A DNA stretch of 50,200 nucleotides, counting the filler, from Stramenopiles sp. TOSAG23-3 (lineage: Eukaryota), in the NCBI GenBank assembly GCA_900128585.1. It is 4 parts of 4 records of this genome, joined end to end, with 100 filler letters (N's around TTAATTAATTAA, not from the genome) between each part and the next. Parts side by side here need not be neighbours in the genome. Positions count along the whole stretch, not along the records: positions 1 to 22,987 come from LT642320.1; 3 more parts are not named here. One strand, given 5' to 3'. Below, piece after piece: positions 10,301 through 19,308 of the stretch. Below the pieces are notes generated by a model. That model saw nothing but the letters and a program-made list of their open reading frames with translations, was not told the DNA's origin and searched no databases. The position numbers were made by a program, and so were the translations under genes. The number at the start of each line of letters is the position of its first letter. Positions within the stretch are counted from its first letter, which is position 1.

Positions 10301-11462
10301 TTTATGGCGCCATGTGAAAGAAAGTGAGCTAGTGGTGAGCCGAACTGGCCGCGTCCGAAAACGTCCCCAGCGGTTTGAGAGTATGCCTAATTTGCCCCAA
10401 CTTGCCTCTAGCAAGCGAAAATTGAAGGACGAGCCAGGGCAACCGGTCGAAAAGAAGAGGCGGTTTGAAGCATATAGCAGACCAACCTACCTAATTGAGG
10501 ATCACGACGACGTCGGTGAAAGAGGCAGCAGCAACAGCAGCGATAGCGATGAAGAGTCAGGCGAGGGTGGGCTTGAGGACACGTTTGTGTCGAACAAGTC
10601 CCACGTTGCATGCATGCAGGCAGCCGGCGTTGTGTGCAAAGCTGTTGATGACATCATGTCGCTCGCTTCCCCCGTCGGCAAAGTGTTCTGCCTTGTCAGG
10701 CCCCCGGGGCATCATGTAGGCCGCTACGGTCGCACAAGTGGCTGCTGCTCGCATGGCTTTTGCTTGGTAAATAACGTGGCCATTGGTGTCATGAAAGCCA
10801 AGGTTGACCACGGGTGCAAGCGTGTTGCAGTCGTTGATTTTGATGTTCACTTTGGGAACGGAACCTATGAAATTTTTGAAGAAGACGACGATACACTGTT
10901 CATATCTGTGCACAAGGCAGACACTGGCGAAGGGGATGTCTTCTTTGGCTCAGACTTGCCAGGCGTCGATGACGTTAGCCGACAAAACATTTGCATATCT
11001 ATTGATGGGGGGATTCAGAAACCTAACCACCGTGGAGGTCGCCAGAACTTCACAGAAGCGTTTCAAAAGACTGTTTTTCCAGCCCTGGTTAACTTTGACC
11101 CCGAAATTATTTTTCTCTCCTCCGGTTTTGACGGTCACATGGATGACCCTTTAGGTGGGCACTTGGGGCTGCGCCAAAAAGATTTCAAGGAGCTGACGGA
11201 ACATATTGTTCGGATTGCGGAACGCCCAGGTGGATCTTGCAACGGTCGCATTGTGAGCGTGCTCGAAGGCGGTTACGATGCCAACAGAAAGAACGGGTCG
11301 TTGCAAAAATGCGTAAATGCCCACGTCAAAGCCCTGTGCATACCGTCCAGCAGAGAGGAGAATGCAGCAGGGGGTTCCGGGGGACAGGATGCCGGGACTT
11401 CAAAAGGCACGACCAGTGGAACAAGTGGTATTGAGAAAACGAGTTTTATTCGTTGTGTTTGA
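7395..11462 (+). CDS. Class II-like Zn-dependent histone deacetylase with N-terminal coiled coil and a large insertion (2 RAMA-like domains, Tudor-like module) splitting the HDAC domain
   Basis: C-terminal motifs RPPGHH, GFC..NNVAI, DFDVHFGNGT, SSGFDGH and LEGGY are intact. The N-terminal HDAC motifs 'HNVPERHVEQAFRV' and 'ILRLVHSGAYL' lie ~650 aa upstream. Confidence 0.88.
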   Translation: MHPHNESRANTYEGRLPDLKLEKRYVELKEMSSLTSILENSSSGSTIGTETLRSPPTSDGPADILQPLKSAFAITPASTTVDPVMWLTEYADRIDQHQAAIEAASAFEEMWRASNTKVLEDCIEMKEKIEQHVEKFQGNVPINRQKEHLETLRADFKAQQEAKRVAAVNVIKAKEELRLAEEKYRKATIHARRVRQQSTITEDDLKEREILVVKLTEELPRVLGHCESLVRDASRKAELIDALKEYCERATRFLQSTMDPQSAFLRMVERLRALIVHSSENGVVYNKNALNRAIHLVRCVWDQGALPREVSTLGSCIAAPDGGTRRKFANTGNATHVYFHAGVELHNVPERHVEQAFRVTNCLRYLRQHHNSSTPYFITEITKRNEVSPSATILRLVHSGAYLQRIFQTAEEAATSAPVPMEGSDDELVAVDMESEGENEEYHVGKTLVNTFLDDARWKRIKCAHKLHEIGISSDADNAAQGLEVEYSATGGLDGAPAQEGSQGSLKNSSGREGLGTSPGGNGRQHNSGTASAPSTTDFSALRKLYDNEVMKAIQGVDFSSIRSLSLKQMLEYRLVRPGPIHIMYRGVVVTEGVFLPNGNFRAFGEEYETPSGMAMQCIRRKLNPDLQSISGYVAVHQNGSSLASIRNKFLNAVKKYCGEDTQGSYEVYEDPPDFEKVPTNNFKFSLFEKEIQNKNITIKQLIDSELLTPGPITIFYHKKSVEAGTLLKDGTFEYAGNVWQTPSSVALYVARKVNPDIKTLNGYSAIRRKGVKLETYRKAFVKKLKEAHSKKRTVQETSEEIEKEETVGTEGPAENVKNSVLKAETETMHRRKGGKGGSLSPRGKGSLTSRGKGSLTPRNKAPLSPRVKGKASTEPARVTRKKTRSPGKMESGCGSGDNGALQYWLFLGGKLALDRESLIEIWMNDDRSGKTHSWHRAKINHQCGKYEYKYHFIADSNKRSYVLNVLHHLWRHVKESELVVSRTGRVRKRPQRFESMPNLPQLASSKRKLKDEPGQPVEKKRRFEAYSRPTYLIEDHDDVGERGSSNSSDSDEESGEGGLEDTFVSNKSHVACMQAAGVVCKAVDDIMSLASPVGKVFCLVRPPGHHVGRYGRTSGCCSHGFCLVNNVAIGVMKAKVDHGCKRVAVVDFDVHFGNGTYEIFEEDDDTLFISVHKADTGEGDVFFGSDLPGVDDVSRQNICISIDGGIQKPNHRGGRQNFTEAFQKTVFPALVNFDPEIIFLSSGFDGHMDDPLGGHLGLRQKDFKELTEHIVRIAERPGGSCNGRIVSVLEGGYDANRKNGSLQKCVNAHVKALCIPSSREENAAGGSGGQDAGTSKGTTSGTSGIEKTSFIRCV

Positions 11463-11617
11463 TGCAGCAGACGGCACGCGTGTTAATGTTTTGGTTTTAA
11501 TTTTTGTAAGTATGATATCATGGTCATACGGACTCTTATAAGAATAATGTCCCGTATGAATATGATATGATTTTTAAGTCTCGCACATTTATATTGGTAA
11601 ATTGGTCGCGTAACGCT

Positions 11618-12523
11618 TCAAAGTCTAGATTGGTGGTGAAAATACCCTTCGGCGTTTGATATAACTACTTTTCCCGTTTCCTTAACCTTCGTCTGTATGA
11701 TCACGCGTCCCGGGGTGGATGCATCTACCCACATATTGACCTGTAAAGTCTGGCCTGGCATGACGGGGGAAGCAAAGCGCAGGCCAATTGATTTGAAGTT
11801 CTTTCCAGTATTCCCGCAAAAGTTCTTCACAAAGGCCCTTGAGGTAAATCCTAAACTGCACAAGCCATGTAAGATTGGCCCTTTGGGGAACCCCATCATC
11901 TTGGCAGCCACAGGGTCAACGTGCAGTGGGTTGTAATCCCCGGAAAGTCTGTATATTTGCGCCTGGTTGTGCGGTACCTTCATTTCTTCCACCACGTCCG
12001 GCGCACGCTTTGGGGTCTTGATTTTCTTTGCAAAATTTTCGCCCGAGTCGGTAAACCCTTTCTTGGCTCCTACCAAAAAGGTTCCACTCCTCATGCGATA
12101 GTACAAGGTTCCACTCGCATCTTCCAGCAGCGCTTCCATCTGGACGGTAGCCCCCGACCCTTTCTTTTGTATGCCAGCAAGTCGTTGGCGCAGGACCAAC
12201 TTGGCTCCACTCTTCGGGATCTCGTTCACTTTTTCAATGTAGCGTTCGCCGTCCAACCCTGCAACAACCCCGGGCAGCATAGGCATTTTGGGCCCCTCCC
12301 CCATCGCTTTTGATGGGAATGTCACGACGTCTTGGTCCGTTCCTTTAAACGACAACACAATCGGAAACGTTGGAAAGGCTTCAAATTGTTTGTTGTTTTC
12401 GTAAACAAAGTTCAGTTCCTCGCAACCAATCCCTACCGCATACGTCAAGAGATCTCGCCGGAGGTAAGACACGTCTTGCGTGGTCCATTTGTTCAGGAAC
12501 TTGTTCGTATCAATGTCCGTCAT
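11618..12523 (-). CDS. Peroxisomal enoyl-CoA hydratase 2 (double hot-dog / MaoC-like)
   Basis: Hydratase-2 motif 'YRLSGDYNPLHVDP', 'PILHGLCSLG', 'FASPVMPGQTL'; C-terminal PTS1 'SRL'. ATG at 12523. Confidence 0.92.
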   Translation of the reverse strand: MTDIDTNKFLNKWTTQDVSYLRRDLLTYAVGIGCEELNFVYENNKQFEAFPTFPIVLSFKGTDQDVVTFPSKAMGEGPKMPMLPGVVAGLDGERYIEKVNEIPKSGAKLVLRQRLAGIQKKGSGATVQMEALLEDASGTLYYRMRSGTFLVGAKKGFTDSGENFAKKIKTPKRAPDVVEEMKVPHNQAQIYRLSGDYNPLHVDPVAAKMMGFPKGPILHGLCSLGFTSRAFVKNFCGNTGKNFKSIGLRFASPVMPGQTLQVNMWVDASTPGRVIIQTKVKETGKVVISNAEGYFHHQSRL

Positions 12524-12929
12524 GTTGCAGTAAAATGACAGTATAATCAATGCTGGTAGAGAGCCTGGTACGTTTCTTGCTTTTTAATTTTAGATGGACA
12601 ACTATCTGTTCGTTTGACCTGTTATTTGCGACTGTTGAGACAACAAAAAATGTGCAATTTTGTTTTTGACCTTCTTTTTTTGTTTTGCCACACGCCACCA
12701 CCAATACCTCCTCCTCCTCAACCTCTCCTCTTCTTCTCTCTGCCTCTCTCTCTGCTGATGCTGCGCTGCCCTAAGGATCTGATCCGACTTCGGTTCGTCG
12801 GGTTCGTTTTTTTAATATTTTAATCACAAAGAATAAAATCTTTTTCTTCTTTTTCCTTCTTGTGTTGATGTTTTTTTTTCATGTTTTATCAGTTCTTCCT
12901 CTGCTGTTACTGTATATTTTTTATTATTA

Positions 12930-13101
12930 TTTTTTCCTTCTTCTTCTTTTTTTTCTTCCTTCTCTTCTTCTTTTTTTTTTCGTTTTCTTCTTCTTCTTCT
13001 TCTACTTCTTCTTATCTTTTCTTTTTCTTCTTCTTCTTCTTTCTTGCTTTCATTTCTTCTTTTCTTCCTCTTCTTCCTCCTCTTCTTTCTTCTTCTTTCT
13101 T
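12930..13101 (+). repeat. (CTT)n / T-rich polypyrimidine tract
   Basis: Direct inspection; in the divergent spacer upstream of the GTPase. Confidence 0.9.
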
Positions 13102-13321
13102 CCGTCCGACCGTCGTTTGTTATCTAAATTTAAATGTGTCGTTAATATTTTTATTTTTTACCCTGAAAAAACAGAGAAGAAAATAAAAATCTTAATAACC
13201 AGCTTATGTCCGTTTATCATTGCATTGCATTAAACAAAAGAAAGAAACCTCTCCATTTATCGTTCATTCATTGACTCGGTAAGCACCACGGACAGTGTCA
13301 TCTTTCCTCGGTCGGGTGACC

Positions 13322-14788
13322 ATGCCAACTAAAAACAAAGGTCATCGGAAAAAACCGTTCAGTGGAAAGAAGAAGAAGGCGCAGTTACAGAACAAACGGG
13401 GTAAGCGTAGGGACCAACAGAATCAAGCGCAAGGGAGAGCGCAGGCTGGAGAGGCTCCGGGAAACGAAGACGCGGCCGGTGGTGATGCCACGTTGACAAC
13501 ATCTTTTGGGGCACCCCTGGACAGTGCAAGTGGCAACCGCTCAAAGACTAGGTTTGCAACTACTGTAATGAGAGAAAATGACGAAGTCGTTCGACAGCGC
13601 AAGGCACGCGGGAGCGAGCCAATTTCCCGCAATGAAACGTTTGAGAAACCAATTGCAACTCTAAAAAAACTCCACCCACACTTATTCCATCCACGGCGGC
13701 CAGCCTGGTCCTCGACGCTCAGTGCCGAGAGAATCGAGGAGAGTGAACAGGCTTACTTCAGTGCGTGGTTAGCCAACATCCATAATCATTTCTCGCCCTC
13801 CGCAGTTACACCGTTCGAACATAATCTAGAAGTATGGCGCCAACTTTGGAGAGTTGTTGAACAAAGCGATGTTCTACTAATCACTGCCGATTGCCGAAAT
13901 CCGCTCTTTCACATTTCGGAATCGCTGGTGAACGAACTCTTGATCTTGCGAAAACCGGTGGTGATTGTTATCACAAAAATAGATCTGGTCCCGCCGGAGC
14001 ACGTCATCGCGTGGAAAACTTACCTTCAGAGGCGCTTTCCGCTGGCTTCGGTGACAGAGTTTAGTGCTCGAGGGCCGCTGTCAGAGGCAGACAAGAATCG
14101 TCTGAAAGGTGGGCTGTCGTCTCGTCGAAAATTTTTGAAGAACAAGCCAAAATTTGAGTGGGCAAAACCGTACGTTGAGTACCTGGTAGGTGTGTGCGCA
14201 AAATTAGCCAATTTCACGTTTGGCGGGGAGGACGGCGGTACGAGTGCAGGCGGCGCGAAGAAACAGCTCACTATTGGATTGTGTGGACATCCGAACACGG
14301 GCAAAACGAGTTTACTAAACGCTCTTGCTGGAAAAAAAGTTGCTAGCGTTTCACGGACGGCCGGCCACACTAAGTATTTGCAGCACATCCCACTGGAGAG
14401 TGGTGTCGTGCTGATAGACTGCCCCGGCCTGATTTTTCCTTTAGAAAAGCCAAGGTTCATGGGCGAAGTGCTGGGTCTGTATCCAATTGCTCAAATAAGA
14501 GAACCTTTTACTGCTATTCGTTTTGCATTCGAACATTTGCCGCTGGAGAAGTTGTACATAGTAAAGAAGCCGGAATGGTACTTTGACGAAGACCTTGGTT
14601 TGGGGCCAGAAGACGTAGAATGGACACCCATAATGTTCTGCGAGGCGGTAGCGGAAAAACGCGGGTTCTTGCTTAGTCGTGGGGGGGCGCCCGATGTGCA
14701 GAGGGCTGGCCTGCAAGTTATGAAAGACCTGTGCGACGGTGTGCTATGCCTTGCATTTCAGCCACCGAACGAAAAGACCGGGCTTTAG
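13322..14788 (+). CDS. GNL1: Circularly permuted GTPase, GNL1/LSG1 family (GNL1-like)
   Basis: 'KKPFSGKKKKAQLQ' N-terminus and 'TPFEHNLEVWRQLWRVVEQSD'; G4 TKID precedes G1 GHPNTGKT; 'SVSRTAGHTK'; G3 DCPG; 'YPIAQIREPF'. Confidence 0.88.
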   Translation: MPTKNKGHRKKPFSGKKKKAQLQNKRGKRRDQQNQAQGRAQAGEAPGNEDAAGGDATLTTSFGAPLDSASGNRSKTRFATTVMRENDEVVRQRKARGSEPISRNETFEKPIATLKKLHPHLFHPRRPAWSSTLSAERIEESEQAYFSAWLANIHNHFSPSAVTPFEHNLEVWRQLWRVVEQSDVLLITADCRNPLFHISESLVNELLILRKPVVIVITKIDLVPPEHVIAWKTYLQRRFPLASVTEFSARGPLSEADKNRLKGGLSSRRKFLKNKPKFEWAKPYVEYLVGVCAKLANFTFGGEDGGTSAGGAKKQLTIGLCGHPNTGKTSLLNALAGKKVASVSRTAGHTKYLQHIPLESGVVLIDCPGLIFPLEKPRFMGEVLGLYPIAQIREPFTAIRFAFEHLPLEKLYIVKKPEWYFDEDLGLGPEDVEWTPIMFCEAVAEKRGFLLSRGGAPDVQRAGLQVMKDLCDGVLCLAFQPPNEKTGL

Positions 14789-14860
14789 TAAATGGCATAG
14801 ATGCGTCTTTAACATATATTTTGTTTTTTTAATTTCTTTTTTAATAAGAATATTTACATT

Positions 14861-15097
14861 TAAAAATAACAGCCAATTTTATTGTTTTTAAGAATTACCG
14901 CTAGCCAGCCGCTTGGAAAATCCCACAAGGATTGAGTCACCTATGAGTGAGATATCGGATGAGGAAGTTGATTACGGTTCATTTGCAAGCATTGCTAATC
15001 CATCCACTCTAGATTTCAGTTTTCAGTTTTCAGTTACCAGTACATTAATTTTAATTACTTAAAAATAACAGCCAATTTTCTTGTTTTAAGAATGACC
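14861..15097 (+). repeat. Dispersed repeat copy A, bounded by ~37-bp direct repeats (taaaaataacagccaatttt.ttgtttt..aagaat.acc)
   Basis: 14911-15004 matches the reverse complement of 47950-48043 at 86/94 ungapped positions; direct repeats at ~14861-14899 and ~15060-15097. Confidence 0.85.
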
Positions 15098-15125
15098 TTA
15101 CACCGTATGATTACCATTTCCGAAC

Positions 15126-17950
15126 TTACTCGGCTGGTTTACTTTCTTCCTTGGCTTCTTCTGCCGGTTTAGCGTGTGTATCTTCAGCTGAATTTTCTTC
15201 TGCAAGCTTAGCGGGTGTATCATCTGCTGGCTTTTCTTCCTTGTCCTGTTTCTTCGACTTCCTCCTCTTCTTCTTCTTTGCCCCATTCTTCTCCTTTTTT
15301 GCCCTCCTTGCTGCCCTTCGTTCTGCCAGACGACTTTTACTTTTTTTGTTTCGATTCGCTTGGAGAGTCTTTCTCAGCTCATTCGCATCCTCCATATTTT
15401 GCATGATGGCAGACGTCTCGTCCGTCGGAACGGGGCCCGTGTAAACAGGCTTCTTAATGTTTTTCGACAGGGAATCCGTCACGCGTGCGGCGCGGGCCTT
15501 TCTCAGTTTTCGTTTGAGCACTCGGCTGCTGTAGGTAACCACTGCGGCTCGAAGCATTTCCTTCATCAGTAGAAGCACGGCAAATAAGATGATAATTACT
15601 CCAATGTACTCCAGAGTGGCTAGCACAACACCCGCTGCGGGATAGTGCTCGTCGAACAATTCCTGATCAGACGGTTGGTCTACGGCAGAAATGGCCGTGG
15701 CGTTGGTGCTATTTCCAGCTTTTGGATTTGTGTCTACTGCAAAACTCAGTGCGAGTTCTTTCAGCACTGCATCATTACCAAGAGCAGCGATAGCGAGTAG
15801 TATCTCGCTGAAAAGAAGCGAGGCGTCCAACACGTTGTTTGACCCGCAGGATTTCCACGAGCATGATTTCTTTTTGCGAAGCTGAACAGCCGGATCACTG
15901 TGTATATGAAAACAATCATATTAATGCCAATCATCAAACTGTGCGACAGGATCTTCTTCGTGATGAAAAACAATTGAACCATGGCGATTGCCAATTTACG
16001 AAATAGCACTACTGATTCCCAAAAGTAGGACTCTGGGCGGTACTTCTCAAACATCCAGCCGTACCGTTGGCGTTTGTCGCAGTTTGGGCATTGCTGACAT
16101 GGGGACCCGTCGAATTGGAGTTTCTTACAGTTACGTTTGTCCACCCATTTCGGAAGTGTTGTGTCGGACCCGGTGCTACAACAGCGTCCATTCCATGCAA
16201 ACACTTTTCTGGCCGCAACAAAAACTGGTACTACGCAGTACACGATGAAGAGGAGTACACTGAATGCAAAAATTAGCGACCATTGCCCGCCGAGCGACAA
16301 GTCGCAGATTACCGAAGAGTCCATTACTAACCTTGGTGCCCCACCTTCCCCTTCGACGCAATTAATTCCGGATAGGACCTGTTGAAGAGTCAGTGCGTAC
16401 ACGAACACTGCCCACAAATAAAAGCCTACGGCAACAATGCGATTTTGAGAAGAGCGGCGTTGCCTCTTTAAGCCCCCGATGTTGAAATCGGAGCTCTCGA
16501 TAACCCACGAATAGTACAAGTACGAAGCAACGCTCCAGACGGCAAACACTACCAGGAGTAGTGCAGGGAAGGACATTTTCATCAAGTATGTATCCTGCGC
16601 ATCTAGCTCCCACGCACACTCCGGACTGGACGTCATTCCTGACAAATCAACGCTCAATATTTCAAGCATATCGGTAATTACCTTTTTCAGCCATGGTGGG
16701 AGGTGAACCAGGGTAAAGTCTGGCATCGCTATGCTCAACGTAATTGTGTGTGCACTCAAAACGTTGAAGGTTCTGGCGATCTGACGACTGACAACCGACG
16801 CTTGGGTGGCTGCCCCGGCCCTGACATTAACCTTTTTCACATCTGCGTCTGCCTGCTTCTTCTTCTTCTTCTCCAGCTTCTTTTTCATGGCTTTCAACTG
16901 TGCGTACACAGTATTATCGTCAAACGTTTTTTGCGCCTCCCGGTGAGCTTGGCAGGACGATAAAATAGCACCACACTGCTTGGCCTCGGACGCTCGTCCA
17001 AACGAAATTAACGTTTTGCCTTTTTGCGGAATTCTGTATTCTTTCCCCTTGTGCGGGCCTGAAACAACCAACAAGCGATCCCAAGATATAATTTTCATTA
17101 CACTTGTACCCATCCCAATTGCCATGCCGATGTCCAACGCCACAGCAGAGTCCTTCTTGATATCCTTTCCGTTTAACCTTGTCCCGTTGGTGGAGTCTAA
17201 ATCGATCAGAAACCACCGTCGGTGCTGTAGCCCTTGGCCGCCAGTGGCCTCCCCACTTCTTGCCTCCGATTCTTTCAAATAATCGTCGTCTGATGTCGTC
17301 CTTACGAACGTTACCATAACTTTCTTGTTAGTCTTTATTTTTTCCGCAAGCAGATGAATGACAGCGTTTGGCTTTGAGTCCAGCGGCACGTCGTCGTCGT
17401 CAATAGCTTCGATCCTGTCGCCCTTCTCGACGCCTTCTTTCTCTGCCGCCGATCCCGGAACCACGTCCTCGACAATCATGTTTTCTCCAACCTTGATGCC
17501 GATTCTCCCAGTAAACACGACGTCATAGTCGTCCATGTTCGTGTTAATCAGCTCCCCATCTTCGTTGAAAATCGCGTCTGAAATGTCAATGACGCAATGC
17601 AAGGCGGACATCTCCTCTTCTTGGTACAGGGACACGGCGACTTGGCTGGCCACCGTATGGTTCCTCGCAAAAAACTGGGATGCATCTACGGTGCTGTTGC
17701 TGTTATTCGCCTCTCCTAAAGTCTTGTACAGGCCGGCCGAGTCGTGCTTAACTTGCCCAACGAAGCATTCGCCGTAACTAATGTTGCAATTATTCCCGAT
17801 GTTGAAAATTCCTCGCCCTCTTGCAATCTGGCGCGATCGCTCTACCCTCTGAAGGAAGGACGACTTGTCCAGCGGCTTTCCCAGGGTTGGCACTGCCGTC
17901 GCGGCCAAGAGGGCAGCAACGAAGCAAACTATTTTAAAACGAATTGCCAT
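15126..17950 (-). CDS. Signal-peptide, PDZ + FHA-like, multi-pass membrane protein; one frameshift near 15840-15900
   Basis: ORF 15761-17950 has an SP, a PDZ ('VEDVVPGSAAEKEGVEKGDRI'), FHA motifs ('DLDSTNGT', 'FGR') and TMs with 'YGWMFEKYRPESYFWESVVLFRK'. It continues in another frame as 'NNVLDASLLFSEILL...' (ORF 15126-15833) with further TMs and a basic tail. Confidence 0.7.
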
Positions 17951-19308
17951 ATTTGTAAGGCGATAAGAGCGATGAACAGCAAATAGAACAGTTTAAAACG
18001 ATAAACTCGTACAGAATTCCAGTGGCTTTCTTTCTTTCCTTTCTTTCTGTCTCTCTTTCTTTCTTTCTCTCTCTCTTTACTTTTCCTTCTCTCTCTCAAT
18101 AACCTTGGTTAGTTTTTTATTTTGTTATTTTACGCGTTACTAACTTTTGAGTCCAATGAATGCGGAGTGCGGAGTGTGATAGTGTGATGTTGAGAGGTGT
18201 TGTTGTGTAATATGTGAATAGAATTAGATAAAGTATATAGGAATAAGGAGTGATTCCATTTTTTTTTTTACTGGTGGTTGGTTGTTATTTTATTATTATT
18301 ATTTATACAATATATAAGTATAACAAAAAGGTCAAATAAAACAACTAACTAATCCACTAATGATATTGCATTCTAAAAATATAACTGAAAATATACAAAT
18401 ATAAAAAGGCAAAAAAATGAATATATTAAATACAAAGCACAAAATATAAAATAACTATTAATATATAATAAAATGAATATGGAATATATCGTTATTCGTA
18501 TAAATTATTTTTTATGAGGAATTCACGGAAAGTTTAAAGTATATAAATGTTTCTAACAGAATTCCTTTTTTTAAATATACTTTTTATACTTGATTATAAT
18601 GGGATTGAATTTTATTTTAATTTGTATAAACTGTTATTATAGTTTTTAACCAATCTTTTGAGTCTAAATTATTCTTATTTTATTATATATTGTTATTTAA
18701 TAATAAATGGAGCGCAATAATTATATTATTAATATAGATTTTGGTTCGGAGTTTTCTATTTTTGAAAACAAAAAGTGAAACGAATATTGAGATCGAACCC
18801 TAAAACTAAAACTAAAACTCTTCGCGCGTCTTGTTCACCCTTAAATAATATTAATAATTTATTTGGTTTTATTAAGCTATTTTTTACGCGTATTTTATTT
18901 TTGATTATTATTATATATCGAGAAGATCATGAAGAAAGAAGAACAACACAACAACACAACACCAAAACAAATAAACAACAAAATTTCTCTCTTTTTCTCT
19001 CTCCTCTCCTCCTCTCCTCTTCTTTTTTCGTCTTTCTTCTCTTCGCGCAAAATAATATAGTCATTCTAGTATGTGGAATTAAAAACTGTAAGCTTGCTCT
19101 CGTTTTTATTCTTTCATTCTAGAGATTGAGTGTTTCAAGATTGTTTGATGACGATTTGACGCTTTCCAGGACACGGAACGCAGGAAAATAGCGTTGCAAG
19201 AAGCTTAAACATTTGAGCCGCACGTTTCCGGGGAAAGTAGTTGGTCCTGCATTGCGGGGTATGGTGGCGACACGGAGTCTGTAGCCGAAAAATACCAGCA
19301 CTGGCAAC

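Noticed and set aside
14861..15097. CRISPR-like repeat-spacer-repeat
   Set aside because: Only two repeats, a ~160-bp spacer, eukaryotic context and no cas genes.
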